In this document: piece by piece, positions 26,246 to 35,388 of the stretch
Layout of the letters: each line of letters opens with the position of its first letter
Numbering within the stretch: position 1 is the stretch's first letter
IMG/VR virus record: IMGVR_UViG_3300042880_001179
Length of the DNA stretch: 64,000 nt
Strand: one strand, 5' to 3'
From: an uncultured virus (IMG/VR IMGVR_UViG_3300042880_001179)
Taxonomy: Duplodnaviria; Heunggongvirae; Uroviricota; Caudoviricetes
Translations under genes and position numbers: made by a program
The notes under the pieces: model-generated
Database searches by the model: none
What the model saw: only the letters and a program-made list of their open reading frames with translations
Told to the model about the DNA's origin: nothing

Positions 26246-27083
26246 GGAATAAATCCTTGAATTTAAAAAAGGCTTGTTTTAATTGTTTTGGCCAGAGGTA
26301 ATAACCAAATATTTTATTAAATTCCAAGCTTTTTTCTGGGTTTTTCATAGCGCCTTGAAATATTCTTCTTAAGTCTTCCATTTTTACATGGGGTCCAACC
26401 CTTTGTATAAAAGTGTTTATATCAAAATCATCATTTGGTTTAAAGACTTTGTTGGTTTTTGGAACTTGTTTATCTTTCAGGAATTCCTGTGGTGTCATGG
26501 TTTGATTATCAACAATAATTTCTTCAATATCTTCTGGATTCAAATGGCCTTTGAAGAGTGCTTGGAATTCTTTATGGGGAGCGGTTAGGTTGAGAGCTAA
26601 CCAAGGGTCGTCGCTTTGTGAAACATGTAGGGGCTGGTACTCATCTTTGGAAACAGATTGTTGTAATTTTTTCCGAGCATCTTCTCTTTCTTTTTTGCCT
26701 TCTTTTCCCATGGAAAAAGTGGGAACATAAGTTCCTTGAGAACCAAAAGTTCCTGATGGCCAAACAGGAGCTTCTAGGTCTTCTAATTTGGTTTTAAATT
26801 TGATAACCACACCATCGGGTCCTGCAAAACCTTTTGCGGTATCTCTGTCTAGAGTTACAAATAGTCCTTTAGGATTATTGGCAGCTTCATAAGAATATCT
26901 TCTTGAAACTCTTTGTGATCCTGTAAGACCATGTGACAGGGATTTTAGTGCATCTTCGGGATTGCTAAAACCATGGTAGACTGTTACGGTGTCGCCTTGT
27001 TTAAATGGTTGAAAAGCATCTATGCCACCTGACGGCTGATATTCGTGGTGAGCTTCCATCCATAGGCGAAAGTTCAATTTCAT
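26238..27083 (-). CDS. ADP-ribosyltransferase-like protein
   Basis: MKLNFRLWME; TVYHG...GL.G...PKGLFVT...A..F. Confidence 0.45.
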   Translation of the reverse strand: MKLNFRLWMEAHHEYQPSGGIDAFQPFKQGDTVTVYHGFSNPEDALKSLSHGLTGSQRVSRRYSYEAANNPKGLFVTLDRDTAKGFAGPDGVVIKFKTKLEDLEAPVWPSGTFGSQGTYVPTFSMGKEGKKEREDARKKLQQSVSKDEYQPLHVSQSDDPWLALNLTAPHKEFQALFKGHLNPEDIEEIIVDNQTMTPQEFLKDKQVPKTNKVFKPNDDFDINTFIQRVGPHVKMEDLRRIFQGAMKNPEKSLEFNKIFGYYLWPKQLKQAFFKFKDLFHV

Positions 27084-27481
27084 TTTTCCACCTTTTTGAG
27101 AAGCGTGTAATACTTCGGGTTTTCTCTTAAATGTGCCAAGGCTATTTTAAGAATATCAGACTCTTTTTTAATTACATTGATATCTGCATCTTTCATGTGT
27201 TCTTTTTCTACTTGAAAGCCCATTTTGAGTTCTTTTGGATCGAATTTGGAAATATCTACTTGTATTTCATCGGCAAGTTTTTGCAAGTTATCGAGATTGG
27301 TTGCTGCTTCGCCGATGAGTTTTTTGAATATTCTAGCCTTGATTTTGTCGATTGGTAACATTTCTACTGCTCTGGGTTTTGGTGCGGCAGTAGAAATAAG
27401 TTGTGGGAATGTTCTACGAACAATTCCACATTCTTTGTAGTATTCAGGGTCTCTATTTTTAAGGTAATTATTGAAGGTCAT
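27080..27481 (-). CDS. DUF5661-like phage protein
   Basis: ELKMG..VEKEH...KIALAHL.E.P.YYT.L. Confidence 0.6.
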   Translation of the reverse strand: MTFNNYLKNRDPEYYKECGIVRRTFPQLISTAAPKPRAVEMLPIDKIKARIFKKLIGEAATNLDNLQKLADEIQVDISKFDPKELKMGFQVEKEHMKDADINVIKKESDILKIALAHLRENPKYYTLLKKVEK

Positions 27482-27548
27482 AATAATTATTTAGAACTGA
27501 CGCAACTTTTTATGAATTAAGCGTATAGATTATAAAGAGAGGTGCATT

Positions 27549-28343
27549 ATGAATACATTTATCAGAGTGATATTAGGAACTATTTGTGTATCGGGATTAG
27601 CTTTGGCTCAATTTAGGCCTACGATGCCACCAAGGCCACCAATATCTGTCCCAATGCGACCTCCAGTGCAATCAGGCGGTATGATGGGTGTTGGTGGTCA
27701 GCAAGGTATGGGTGGTGGCATGATGGGGATGCAAGGAGGGAGCATCAATGGTGGTGCCATGGGTGTTGGTGGCGGCAATATTGGCAATGGTGGATTTGGA
27801 GGCGGTTTTGGTGGAATGCAAGGAATGGGAATGGGAGGCGGAATACAAGGAATAGGAATGGGTGGTGGAATGTCTATGGGTGGCGGAATGCAAGGAATGG
27901 GAATGGCTGGCATGGGCATGGGTGGTGGAATGTCTATGGGAGGCGTGGGTGGTGGGATGGGTGGGGGTAACAACAGCCCTTACGGTGCCTATATGCCCGG
28001 AAATGTTGTGCGTCCCACCGGCATGGGCGGCCCCTACAGTGTGATACCAATTCAAGGCGGCTACCAGCTTGGTATGGGCGGGATGGCAGGAATGGGTGGT
28101 GGAATGATGGGAATGGGCGGGATGGCAGGAATGGGCGGCGGTATGAGTGGAATAGGAGGAGGCTTTGGTGGTAACAACAATTTTAACGGTGGAGTTGGTG
28201 GCTTTAATGGTATTTCCGGTGGCAATGGTGGGCTTGGTGGTAATTTCGGCTTTTCTGGCGCTGTTGGTGGAGGACAATTTGGACTAGGTGGAGGCGGATT
28301 TGGCGGAGGAAAGATGGGCTTTAATGGAGGTTCAGGTATCTGA
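27549..28343 (+). CDS. secreted Gly/Met-rich low-complexity protein
   Basis: GAGGTG RBS; signal peptide ending ALA-Q; GGMGMGG repeats. Confidence 0.7.
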   Translation: MNTFIRVILGTICVSGLALAQFRPTMPPRPPISVPMRPPVQSGGMMGVGGQQGMGGGMMGMQGGSINGGAMGVGGGNIGNGGFGGGFGGMQGMGMGGGIQGIGMGGGMSMGGGMQGMGMAGMGMGGGMSMGGVGGGMGGGNNSPYGAYMPGNVVRPTGMGGPYSVIPIQGGYQLGMGGMAGMGGGMMGMGGMAGMGGGMSGIGGGFGGNNNFNGGVGGFNGISGGNGGLGGNFGFSGAVGGGQFGLGGGGFGGGKMGFNGGSGI

Positions 28344-28346
28344 TTT

Positions 28347-29258
28347 TTAGCTTAATGGTATAAGGGAAACTGTGCCATCGCCATTGTCTTTCATTCTGAA
28401 TCTCTTTTCAGCGGCAAACTTTTTAATGACATCCATTTTATTTTTAATGTTCTTTGGATTTGTACTTTTGATTTCGATTCTGCCTTCACCAGTTTCTTTG
28501 GCCATATCAGCAGCCATCTCAATATCGGTTTTCTGTAGGTTGGCCGGTCTGAGCGCAGGAATAGCCTGTGTAAATACAGGGGTTTGTGGTTTTTCACATG
28601 TTTCCAATTCGGAGGCGGAAACAGGTATTATCATGTTCGAAACTTTAGCAGCTGGAACATAAGCCAAAACACTGAATCCTTCTCTGCTTTTTGCTATTCT
28701 GATGGATACGCCATTTTTTGCATTATAAAAAGTTCTATTGGGTTTAAATTTACCAAGCATATATTGGTCAAATTTCATATCTTTTACCGCAGCCATAACG
28801 AAAGGCAATATATCGTCTATTTTTGCTAGGAACAATTTATCGTCATTCGCATTTAGCATGAGATGTATCTGTGCTTCTGCTGATAGTTTAGATGGATACA
28901 GTTCTATTAACTGTGATAGTGGTAAATCAAAGAAATCTTCATCACTAGGTTGTTTGCTTACAATTTGAATTGCGAAGTCATCTTTGGCTCTTTCGGCAAT
29001 TCTGCGAATAATTTGTACGCTGTCACCGCTATAGGGTCCATCTGTGAAGTAACCATCGATCTTGTCTTCTACGTCTTCTTTGCCGCCGATGGCAGTTAAT
29101 TTAATAGGCCATTCCTTAATATTTTTCATTAAACAAGCAATAACTTGATTGGCATTTCTGCCAATATCTCTGGCTACTGAATGGGATGACTGCATGGCTG
29201 TGCCGGTATCTCTTACTTCAACAAAACCAAGCCATTCTTTGAATCTCATGATGCTCAT
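28347..29258 (-). CDS. hypothetical protein (possible restriction-endonuclease-like fold)
   Basis: MSIMRFKEWLGFVE; ED..DKIDG...VQI. Confidence 0.55.
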   Translation of the reverse strand: MSIMRFKEWLGFVEVRDTGTAMQSSHSVARDIGRNANQVIACLMKNIKEWPIKLTAIGGKEDVEDKIDGYFTDGPYSGDSVQIIRRIAERAKDDFAIQIVSKQPSDEDFFDLPLSQLIELYPSKLSAEAQIHLMLNANDDKLFLAKIDDILPFVMAAVKDMKFDQYMLGKFKPNRTFYNAKNGVSIRIAKSREGFSVLAYVPAAKVSNMIIPVSASELETCEKPQTPVFTQAIPALRPANLQKTDIEMAADMAKETGEGRIEIKSTNPKNIKNKMDVIKKFAAEKRFRMKDNGDGTVSLIPLS

Positions 29259-29260
29259 AA

Positions 29261-29602
29261 TTAAATCTCTTTTATTAGTCTTATATAGCATTCTCCATAT
29301 ACTTCTATTCTACCAACTACTGCCTGATATTCTTTTTGTGGCATCTCTAAATCACATTCTTTCATTATTCTTTTGTATTCTTTTTTGCAGAGTTTAAGAG
29401 CCGAATCTAGTCCGGTGTTTTTAAAACTTCTGATAACTTCGGCGTAGGGTTTATCTTTGGCGGCGAAGTGATAATAGGAGAGCATGGCATCGCCACCTTT
29501 TTCCTTTGCCTTCTTGGCGCTTTCTTGAGCACCGGCTTTGCGGTTTTTCAGGAATTCCATGGGGTCTTCGCTGCCGGTATGAGAGCTTTCTATCAAGAAC
29601 AT
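29261..29602 (-). CDS. hypothetical protein
   Basis: AAGGAG RBS; 113 aa. Confidence 0.7.
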   Translation of the reverse strand: MFLIESSHTGSEDPMEFLKNRKAGAQESAKKAKEKGGDAMLSYYHFAAKDKPYAEVIRSFKNTGLDSALKLCKKEYKRIMKECDLEMPQKEYQAVVGRIEVYGECYIRLIKEI

Positions 29603-29710
29603 AATTTCTCCTTATCCTTATATAATAATACTGAATTCAAAAAATAATTTTGGTTATAGCTTGAAAAATAAAAACTATGGGCTAGTGTAAGTGCAACAGG
29701 AGGAATAAAC

Positions 29711-29971
29711 ATGATGGGTTTAGTTTTACTGGGTTTAGCATTTTGTTCAATTTTGGGGGTTGGAGCTTTTTTGACTTTCTGTGTAATGTTTGCTCGGCAG
29801 GATGATAAGGTTTTGCAACGCAAGAGTTGTTCTTGTGATAATGAATGGCAAGAAGGGGATTTACTTTTCGATCCAGAGCCTTCTAAAGTTACATGGCAAA
29901 AAAAAAAGCGGTATGATTGGTCGCACATTAAATCTGGTCAAACCGTAAAAATTGAAGATTGTTTCGAATGA
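29711..29971 (+). CDS. N-terminal TM membrane protein
   Basis: AGGAGG RBS; hydrophobic N-terminus. Confidence 0.7.
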   Translation: MMGLVLLGLAFCSILGVGAFLTFCVMFARQDDKVLQRKSCSCDNEWQEGDLLFDPEPSKVTWQKKKRYDWSHIKSGQTVKIEDCFE

Positions 29972-29981
29972 GAGGTGCAAC

Positions 29982-30233
29982 ATGAATTTGGGAATGACGT
30001 TTATTTATCTGGTGTGTGGAACATGTGCTTTAATCATGTTTTCTATTGCTTTTTTTGTAATTTCAGTCATCGTGATGTCTATTATTGATGGCAAGAAAGG
30101 TAATATTAAGAAAACTAATAATTTGGAACCGCAGATTGAGCGCAAAGTTGTTGGTGGCAATTCTCAACCAAAGAAATTTGCTGAAAAGGAACGGATTGAA
30201 AGTAGTGGCCTCAAAATTTATGCAGGAGAATGA
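29982..30233 (+). CDS. N-terminal TM membrane protein
   Basis: GAGGTG RBS; ~35-aa hydrophobic N-terminus. Confidence 0.7.
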   Translation: MNLGMTFIYLVCGTCALIMFSIAFFVISVIVMSIIDGKKGNIKKTNNLEPQIERKVVGGNSQPKKFAEKERIESSGLKIYAGE

Positions 30234-30562
30234 ACATGGACGGAATTAGCAATGGTTTCATGCTGGTTATTGTGGCGGTGATGGGTTTAATATTTTTGAC
30301 TGTGTTATTGGGAACAATATTTATTGTCTGCGTCGGATGTTCTGTCATTTATGAGAAAGCTTTTCCAAAGAGCAAGCCTGAAAGGAAATATAAAAGTCCG
30401 GCTGAGTTTGAAGAGGATATGGATCGCTTAAACAGAGAGCTCGAAGACATGGCTAGCAAATGGGAAAGAGATAGCGCAAAATTATCTTCGGCTATGAATA
30501 ATTCTGCCAAGGCCATAAGGAAAAGCAATCAAGATGTCTGCAATTTGTTAGACAATCTTTAA
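30230..30562 (+). CDS. N-terminal TM membrane protein with coiled coil
   Basis: ATGA overlap; hydrophobic N-terminus then heptads. Confidence 0.7.
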   Translation: MNMDGISNGFMLVIVAVMGLIFLTVLLGTIFIVCVGCSVIYEKAFPKSKPERKYKSPAEFEEDMDRLNRELEDMASKWERDSAKLSSAMNNSAKAIRKSNQDVCNLLDNL

Positions 30563-30568
30563 TTTCCA

Positions 30569-30603
30569 TAAAAAAAAGCAGAGGTTGCAACCTCTGCTTT
30601 TTT
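30569..30603. terminator. bidirectional terminator
   Basis: A-run GCAGAGGTTGCAACCTCTGC T-run between convergent genes. Confidence 0.85.
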
Positions 30604-30623
30604 AATTTTTAAAATATTCACTA

Positions 30624-31274
30624 TTATACGGCTGTTCTTTTGCCAATTCTTCTGGGGTCTAGTCTTGGCTGAGATGGCTGAACAATAGGTGTTTCTACTG
30701 GTTCGACTGCCTGAAGCTTGCCGAATAGTTTTTGAAGGTCCAATCCGCCAGCAATAGCTTTTAGAATTTCACCAAGCTTATTTCTTGTGTCTTCGGCTTT
30801 TCTTAACATCATATCCACAGCATCATCTGCCGATGACAGTGTTTGATCTATTCCGGCAATATCATTAGCCAAAATCTTGATTATGCCATTTAGGGCGCTT
30901 CTGGTGCGTGGCTCAATAAGACCCATGATTCTCTCATCTTTTAGAACCGCCTTAGCGTTTCGCATGCCACCCATAAGCTCTGCATGAGCCGACTTAAGAG
31001 AGGACTGTGCGCTGGTCATAGTTTTGGCAACAGTGTCTACTTTCTTCATTAAATTGGCTTCGATAGCTTTGGCTGCATTCTTTAAAGCGCCTTGTTTGCC
31101 TCTTAATTCATAATCGTGCTTTACATTGGCACTAACTTGCCCGACTTTATTTTTAATACCTTGCCAAGCATCTTTTGCCATGTCTTTTGCAACGCCGAAG
31201 GCATCTCCAATTCCTTCATTCAATTCAACTCCATCTCTAGCTGCAGCGTAATCTCCAAAACTTAACTTGCTCAT
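30624..31274 (-). CDS. helical hypothetical protein (possible internal virion protein)
   Basis: MSKLSFGDY...LNEG; Ala/Lys-rich helices. Confidence 0.7.
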   Translation of the reverse strand: MSKLSFGDYAAARDGVELNEGIGDAFGVAKDMAKDAWQGIKNKVGQVSANVKHDYELRGKQGALKNAAKAIEANLMKKVDTVAKTMTSAQSSLKSAHAELMGGMRNAKAVLKDERIMGLIEPRTRSALNGIIKILANDIAGIDQTLSSADDAVDMMLRKAEDTRNKLGEILKAIAGGLDLQKLFGKLQAVEPVETPIVQPSQPRLDPRRIGKRTAV

Positions 31275-31359
31275 TTTATCTCCTTGTAGAAAATATATTT
31301 TATATATACAGTAAAAAAATAAAAAAATATTTTATATAATATTATTTTCAAATGGAGAA

Positions 31360-31776
31360 ATGATGGAAAAGAATCACAAGCACTTGATTTTGAATGCAAA
31401 CGTAAGAAGTCCTCTGGAAACGGAAGAAGACGTCAGTTGCTGGTTGGCAGAGTTAGTCAACATAGTGGACATGGAAATCCTGATCCCACCAGTATCAAAA
31501 TATTGTGATATTGAAGGTAATGAAGGTGTAACTGGAACTGTAGTCATTACTACCAGTCACATGAGCATTCATATCTGGCCTAAGGCAGAAGTACCTTATA
31601 TTCGCTTAGATGTTTATAGTTGCAAAGACTTTTGTGCTAAAGAAGTGCTAGATTTTGTTGACAAAACTATGGGTATAATCGAAGAAGGACATATTGTTAT
31701 TGACAGAAATGGCCTTAAACCAGTTGTTAAGACTTGTCTGACTGGTTCAGCCCAGTGTGCGGTAAAAGAGGCTTAA
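31360..31776 (+). CDS. speD: S-adenosylmethionine decarboxylase family proenzyme (pyruvoyl-dependent)
   Basis: HLIL...GVTGTVVITTSHMSIHIWP...LDVYSCK.F. Confidence 0.8.
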   Translation: MMEKNHKHLILNANVRSPLETEEDVSCWLAELVNIVDMEILIPPVSKYCDIEGNEGVTGTVVITTSHMSIHIWPKAEVPYIRLDVYSCKDFCAKEVLDFVDKTMGIIEEGHIVIDRNGLKPVVKTCLTGSAQCAVKEA

Positions 31777-32239
31777 TCTTAGATAACAATTCATTTATTA
31801 CTGGATTTTCCACGCCTTTATCAGCTAGAGCAGTTAAGTAAAAATAAGTGGAGCTTAATACTTTTAGCGTTCCCAAAACGATTGCTTGATTTGAAGGGGA
31901 TAGACTTGCTATTGCGGGAGTTATTGCGGGAAATAACACTAATGGATTGGCAAGAGTAAGTTTGCCGCTGTTAGCAATTGAACCAGCTAATTTCTTCCAA
32001 TATTTTGATTTTTTGGGATGTCTAAGGGCTTGTCCTAGATTTTCCAAAATATCTAAATTAGTTTTGAGTGTTGGCTTTAGCATCAAAATCATTTTGCTTG
32101 CGCCCAATATTAAATCAATTATTTTTATAGTTTTATTAACGTCGAAAACGTCCTGAATGGCCTCTAATGCACTTGGGCCATCTGGGTCCTGCGACATATG
32201 GAAAGCCATATCGGAGAAAAATTCTTTAAAACCTTGCAT
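31727..32239 (-). CDS. hypothetical protein with CTS-like N-terminus
   Basis: MQGFKEFFSD. Confidence 0.65.
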   Translation of the reverse strand: MQGFKEFFSDMAFHMSQDPDGPSALEAIQDVFDVNKTIKIIDLILGASKMILMLKPTLKTNLDILENLGQALRHPKKSKYWKKLAGSIANSGKLTLANPLVLFPAITPAIASLSPSNQAIVLGTLKVLSSTYFYLTALADKGVENPVINELLSKIKPLLPHTGLNQSDKS

Positions 32240-32354
32240 ATAATTATGTATAATTGAGGTTCAAAATGAATAGCGAATATATTTTATTTGGTTTTTTAAT
32301 TCTTTTAATTTTCATAACGCCTTTGTGCGAATACATAATTAAAAAAAATTCAGA

Positions 32355-32633
32355 TTAATCATAAAATTCTTGTCCATCGATGAAATAATGTAAAACTAAT
32401 TTTCCTGATATAGATGGGTATTGACCTTCTATTATTATTTTGCCATCATGTACTAATTGGTGGCATTTGCGGCAGCATACTACTGTGTTTTGATCAGTAT
32501 ATTTGCCGCCATTCTCACCTTCTTGAATTCGATGAACATCTAGAAATTCGTAAATATTGCATGGACAAAACTTGCATTTGCCAGCCAAATGTTTTTTTGC
32601 TTTTTTATTAATTAATTTTTTAATTCTCTTCAT
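32355..32633 (-). CDS. HNH endonuclease
   Basis: CKFC...LDVHRI....GGKY...N....CRKCH..VH. Confidence 0.75.
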   Translation of the reverse strand: MKRIKKLINKKAKKHLAGKCKFCPCNIYEFLDVHRIQEGENGGKYTDQNTVVCCRKCHQLVHDGKIIIEGQYPSISGKLVLHYFIDGQEFYD

Positions 32634-33303
32634 CGGATAATGTGTAAATGTAATCAACTACATTATTATACATAAATTCATCATTTTCTTCTGGATAAAA
32701 CCTTAGAAATAAGTCTTCTGTTATATAATCTTCTGTCTTTAGTATGCAAACTTTGGTATAGTATCTTTTATGGTAAGCAGCAGGCGCAAAAATGCTTGTA
32801 TCTAGACCAATGTAACCTGCAGCATGTTGTATCATTCCCCATTTTTGAAGTAATGAGTAGCGTTTTTTATCAATAATAACGTTGGGTATAACTTGGCAGA
32901 AAGAATGGTTTGCAAAAAGGATGTAGCCGTATTCTTTTGCCTTATCTGCAAGTGTTGCTAAGTTTTTATCGCCTTTAAAGTCTTCGACATAAATATATTT
33001 TTCATTTTTGAGTTTATCCAAGGTATTTTCGGCTTGATGACTTATTTTGCAGTTTGAATAAGTTGGTTGTCTTTTTCTGAAGTAAGTGAGAACTTCATCA
33101 TCGTCTATTAGATTAATAGACACATCGGGGTCGATGGTCAGTTTTATTTTTTTGAATGCGGTAAATTCGTTTATGAATGATTCCATGTCTTTTTGAATAG
33201 ACGGATGTGCAATGACTTCTAGCTTCATAAGTTCATTTTCATTAATGAACATTTGAACTTGTGTGAAGAAATTTATATCTTTGCAGTGTAAAACGTGTAT
33301 CAT
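32620..33303 (-). CDS. glycosyltransferase family 9-like protein
   Basis: SL.Q....IQHAAGYIGLDTS...AA resembles the GT9 C-terminal motif. Confidence 0.45.
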   Translation of the reverse strand: MIHVLHCKDINFFTQVQMFINENELMKLEVIAHPSIQKDMESFINEFTAFKKIKLTIDPDVSINLIDDDEVLTYFRKRQPTYSNCKISHQAENTLDKLKNEKYIYVEDFKGDKNLATLADKAKEYGYILFANHSFCQVIPNVIIDKKRYSLLQKWGMIQHAAGYIGLDTSIFAPAAYHKRYYTKVCILKTEDYITEDLFLRFYPEENDEFMYNNVVDYIYTLSDEEN

Positions 33304-33339
33304 TGCATCCTTTTTAAGTAGAGCAATCTATATATTTAT

Positions 33340-34032
33340 ATGTATATGCAGAGACTGAAATTCGCCCATTGGTTGGCTGAATTTAACATGGGAACCTTGG
33401 AGACTGAAATAGTTGACAGCAAGCCTATTGAAAGTTTGTATGCCAAGTCAAAGAACGCAGTGGATTTGGTTAGAAAATATGACATGGCCGAAGGCGAGCA
33501 TAATTGGATTAAAACTCGTCTTGGGTGGCAAGGTCCAAGAAATGACTTTGGTTATCTTTTGAATATAGGACTGATTGCGCCGTTGTCAGGAACTGTTTAT
33601 GGCCTTTTTAATAGTAAGGAAAACCAAAGAATATTAGACAAGGATGTCAGGAAAAAAGGCATAGCATTTAGTGCTAATCGTCCTTTGACTAATGATGATT
33701 ATGGCAATCAGGACGTTCTTAAGAATTTAAGTTTTAATGTTATGAAGCAAAGATTTCCTGATATTGATCCTAATAAGATTCATGATAGTGCAGTAATACA
33801 TGTGAATGTTCCGAGTATTATTAATAATTTGCAAAGAAGTGGGTTGCAAGGTAAAGAGCTTGAAAAAGCTATAATAAAAGAGATAGCTAAGACAATAGTT
33901 CATGAGTCAACACATCAGTTGGAAAGAACTTGGTTAGGTCATACGGAAGAGGGAGGTCCTCAGGAATCCGAAAAAAGATTTGAGGACTGGTTAAATAGAA
34001 ATGAAGCTTTATTAAATCAGGCAGCGCAATAG
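33340..34032 (+). CDS. putative zincin metallopeptidase
   Basis: TIVHESTHQLE...E (HExxH); N-terminus RLKFAHWLAE. Confidence 0.55.
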   Translation: MYMQRLKFAHWLAEFNMGTLETEIVDSKPIESLYAKSKNAVDLVRKYDMAEGEHNWIKTRLGWQGPRNDFGYLLNIGLIAPLSGTVYGLFNSKENQRILDKDVRKKGIAFSANRPLTNDDYGNQDVLKNLSFNVMKQRFPDIDPNKIHDSAVIHVNVPSIINNLQRSGLQGKELEKAIIKEIAKTIVHESTHQLERTWLGHTEEGGPQESEKRFEDWLNRNEALLNQAAQ

Positions 34033-34042
34033 AGGTGTAGTC

Positions 34043-34597
34043 ATGGAAAGTTTAGGATATTATGAAATGATGGAAGGATCAAGACCTGTTAAGGTTTTAA
34101 CAGAAAATGTGCAGTTTTCTGAGAATATGCAGTATCATCTTGGTAACAACTTGAGTTTAAGCAATACTGTCTTCAGAATGGGTAGTGAATCTTGGATGGA
34201 TTTAATAAATGAAGCTAGGTCTTTGTGGGAGAAGGGACTTATAGAAGTCAATGAAAATGATGAATACATTTTGATGACAGAAGCTGGAAGGGCAGGTGTT
34301 TATCAAGGCAAAAGTGTGCCTTTAGACAGTCCCAGAAGAGCTACTGGCGGCAATAAGAAATATGTAGTATACGTCAATTCTGGGCGTAAAAATGCAGAAG
34401 GCAGAGTTGTTGCAAAAAAAATAGGCTTTGGCGATCCCAATCTAAAAGTAAAGAACAATGACCCTAAAAGAGCCAAGAGCTTTCGTGCCAGACACAAGTG
34501 TCATTTGAAAAAAGACAAGATGACTCCGGGTTACTGGGCTTGCAAAATTGGTAGATATGCCAAGCAAGTTGGCCTTAGTAGCAGTGCATCTTGGTAA
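34043..34597 (+). CDS. conserved phage protein (DUF6321-like)
   Basis: KKIGFGDPNLKVK..DPKR.KSFRARHKC...GYWAC. Confidence 0.6.
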   Translation: MESLGYYEMMEGSRPVKVLTENVQFSENMQYHLGNNLSLSNTVFRMGSESWMDLINEARSLWEKGLIEVNENDEYILMTEAGRAGVYQGKSVPLDSPRRATGGNKKYVVYVNSGRKNAEGRVVAKKIGFGDPNLKVKNNDPKRAKSFRARHKCHLKKDKMTPGYWACKIGRYAKQVGLSSSASW

Positions 34598-34606
34598 GGA
34601 GAAAAC

Positions 34607-34996
34607 ATGAAGAGTTTTAGAGAATACATGCAAGGAAAGTTGAATGAATCATCGCAAGGAGCCCCTGTCCTTGAATTTCAAAATGTTCAGTTCAGATTTC
34701 CTTTTACACAAGACAGGGATGTAGAATTTAATGGCAACATAACTGCTCCTCTCACAAACAAAGCGGTTATGGATGTTAAGATGGCTAACGGAGGAAATAT
34801 TGGTAAAGAATCTATTATGTCTTTTGTTGTTGAAAACGGCACTAAAACTTTAGACTTGTTGGATGCAGATTTTGCTGGTTCTTTCCGACCTAACATTGAT
34901 GATCTAGAAAGCTATCCTGATTCGTTATATCAAGAGCTAGCTGTAGTTCTGGCTGATAAAATTGACAGTGAAAATTTTGAGGTGAAAAATGTTTGA
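34607..34996 (+). CDS. hypothetical protein with CTS-like N-terminus
   Basis: AAGGAG RBS; MKSFREYMQGKLNE. Confidence 0.75.
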   Translation: MKSFREYMQGKLNESSQGAPVLEFQNVQFRFPFTQDRDVEFNGNITAPLTNKAVMDVKMANGGNIGKESIMSFVVENGTKTLDLLDADFAGSFRPNIDDLESYPDSLYQELAVVLADKIDSENFEVKNV

Positions 34997-35129
34997 TAAT
35001 TTAGTATTCTTTTTAGTTGGTTTGGTTGTTGGCTGGAATATTTTTCCTCAGCCTGCTTGGGTAAAAGCTTTATATGATTTGATTGTATCCAAGATTAAGT
35101 CGTGGGCTTCGCCAAAAAATGAAAGATAA
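34989..35129 (+). CDS. 46-aa membrane protein
   Basis: GAGGTG RBS; MFDNLVFFLVGLVVGWNIFPQPAWVKALYD...; below ORF-track cutoff. Confidence 0.6.
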   Translation: MFDNLVFFLVGLVVGWNIFPQPAWVKALYDLIVSKIKSWASPKNER

Positions 35130-35388
35130 TAAGCCTTATAAGGAGCTACGATTGGGAGAATTCTTTATAAGAGAATTTTCTCCAGACGTAGATTCTGAAG
35201 AATTAAAGTGGCACAGGGATTATGAGGACAGACTGATAGTCCCTGTGGAGGAAAATGATTGGATGTATCAAGAAGATAATTGCCTTCCAGTCCCTATAAA
35301 AGGCGAAATAAATATTAAAAAAGGTGTGTGGCACAGAGTCATAAAAGGAACCACACCGTTAATAATAAAACTTAAGAAGTTTTCTTAA
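35119..35388 (+). CDS. cupin-like phage protein
   Basis: ELKWHRD.EDR...W..Q....P...IKKGVWHRVIKG. Confidence 0.6.
   Translation: MKDNKPYKELRLGEFFIREFSPDVDSEELKWHRDYEDRLIVPVEENDWMYQEDNCLPVPIKGEINIKKGVWHRVIKGTTPLIIKLKKFS

Noticed and set aside
27672..28277. Minus-strand His/Thr-rich and Pro-rich ORFs
   Set aside because: Antisense shadows of the Gly/Met-rich + strand gene, which has the RBS and signal peptide.
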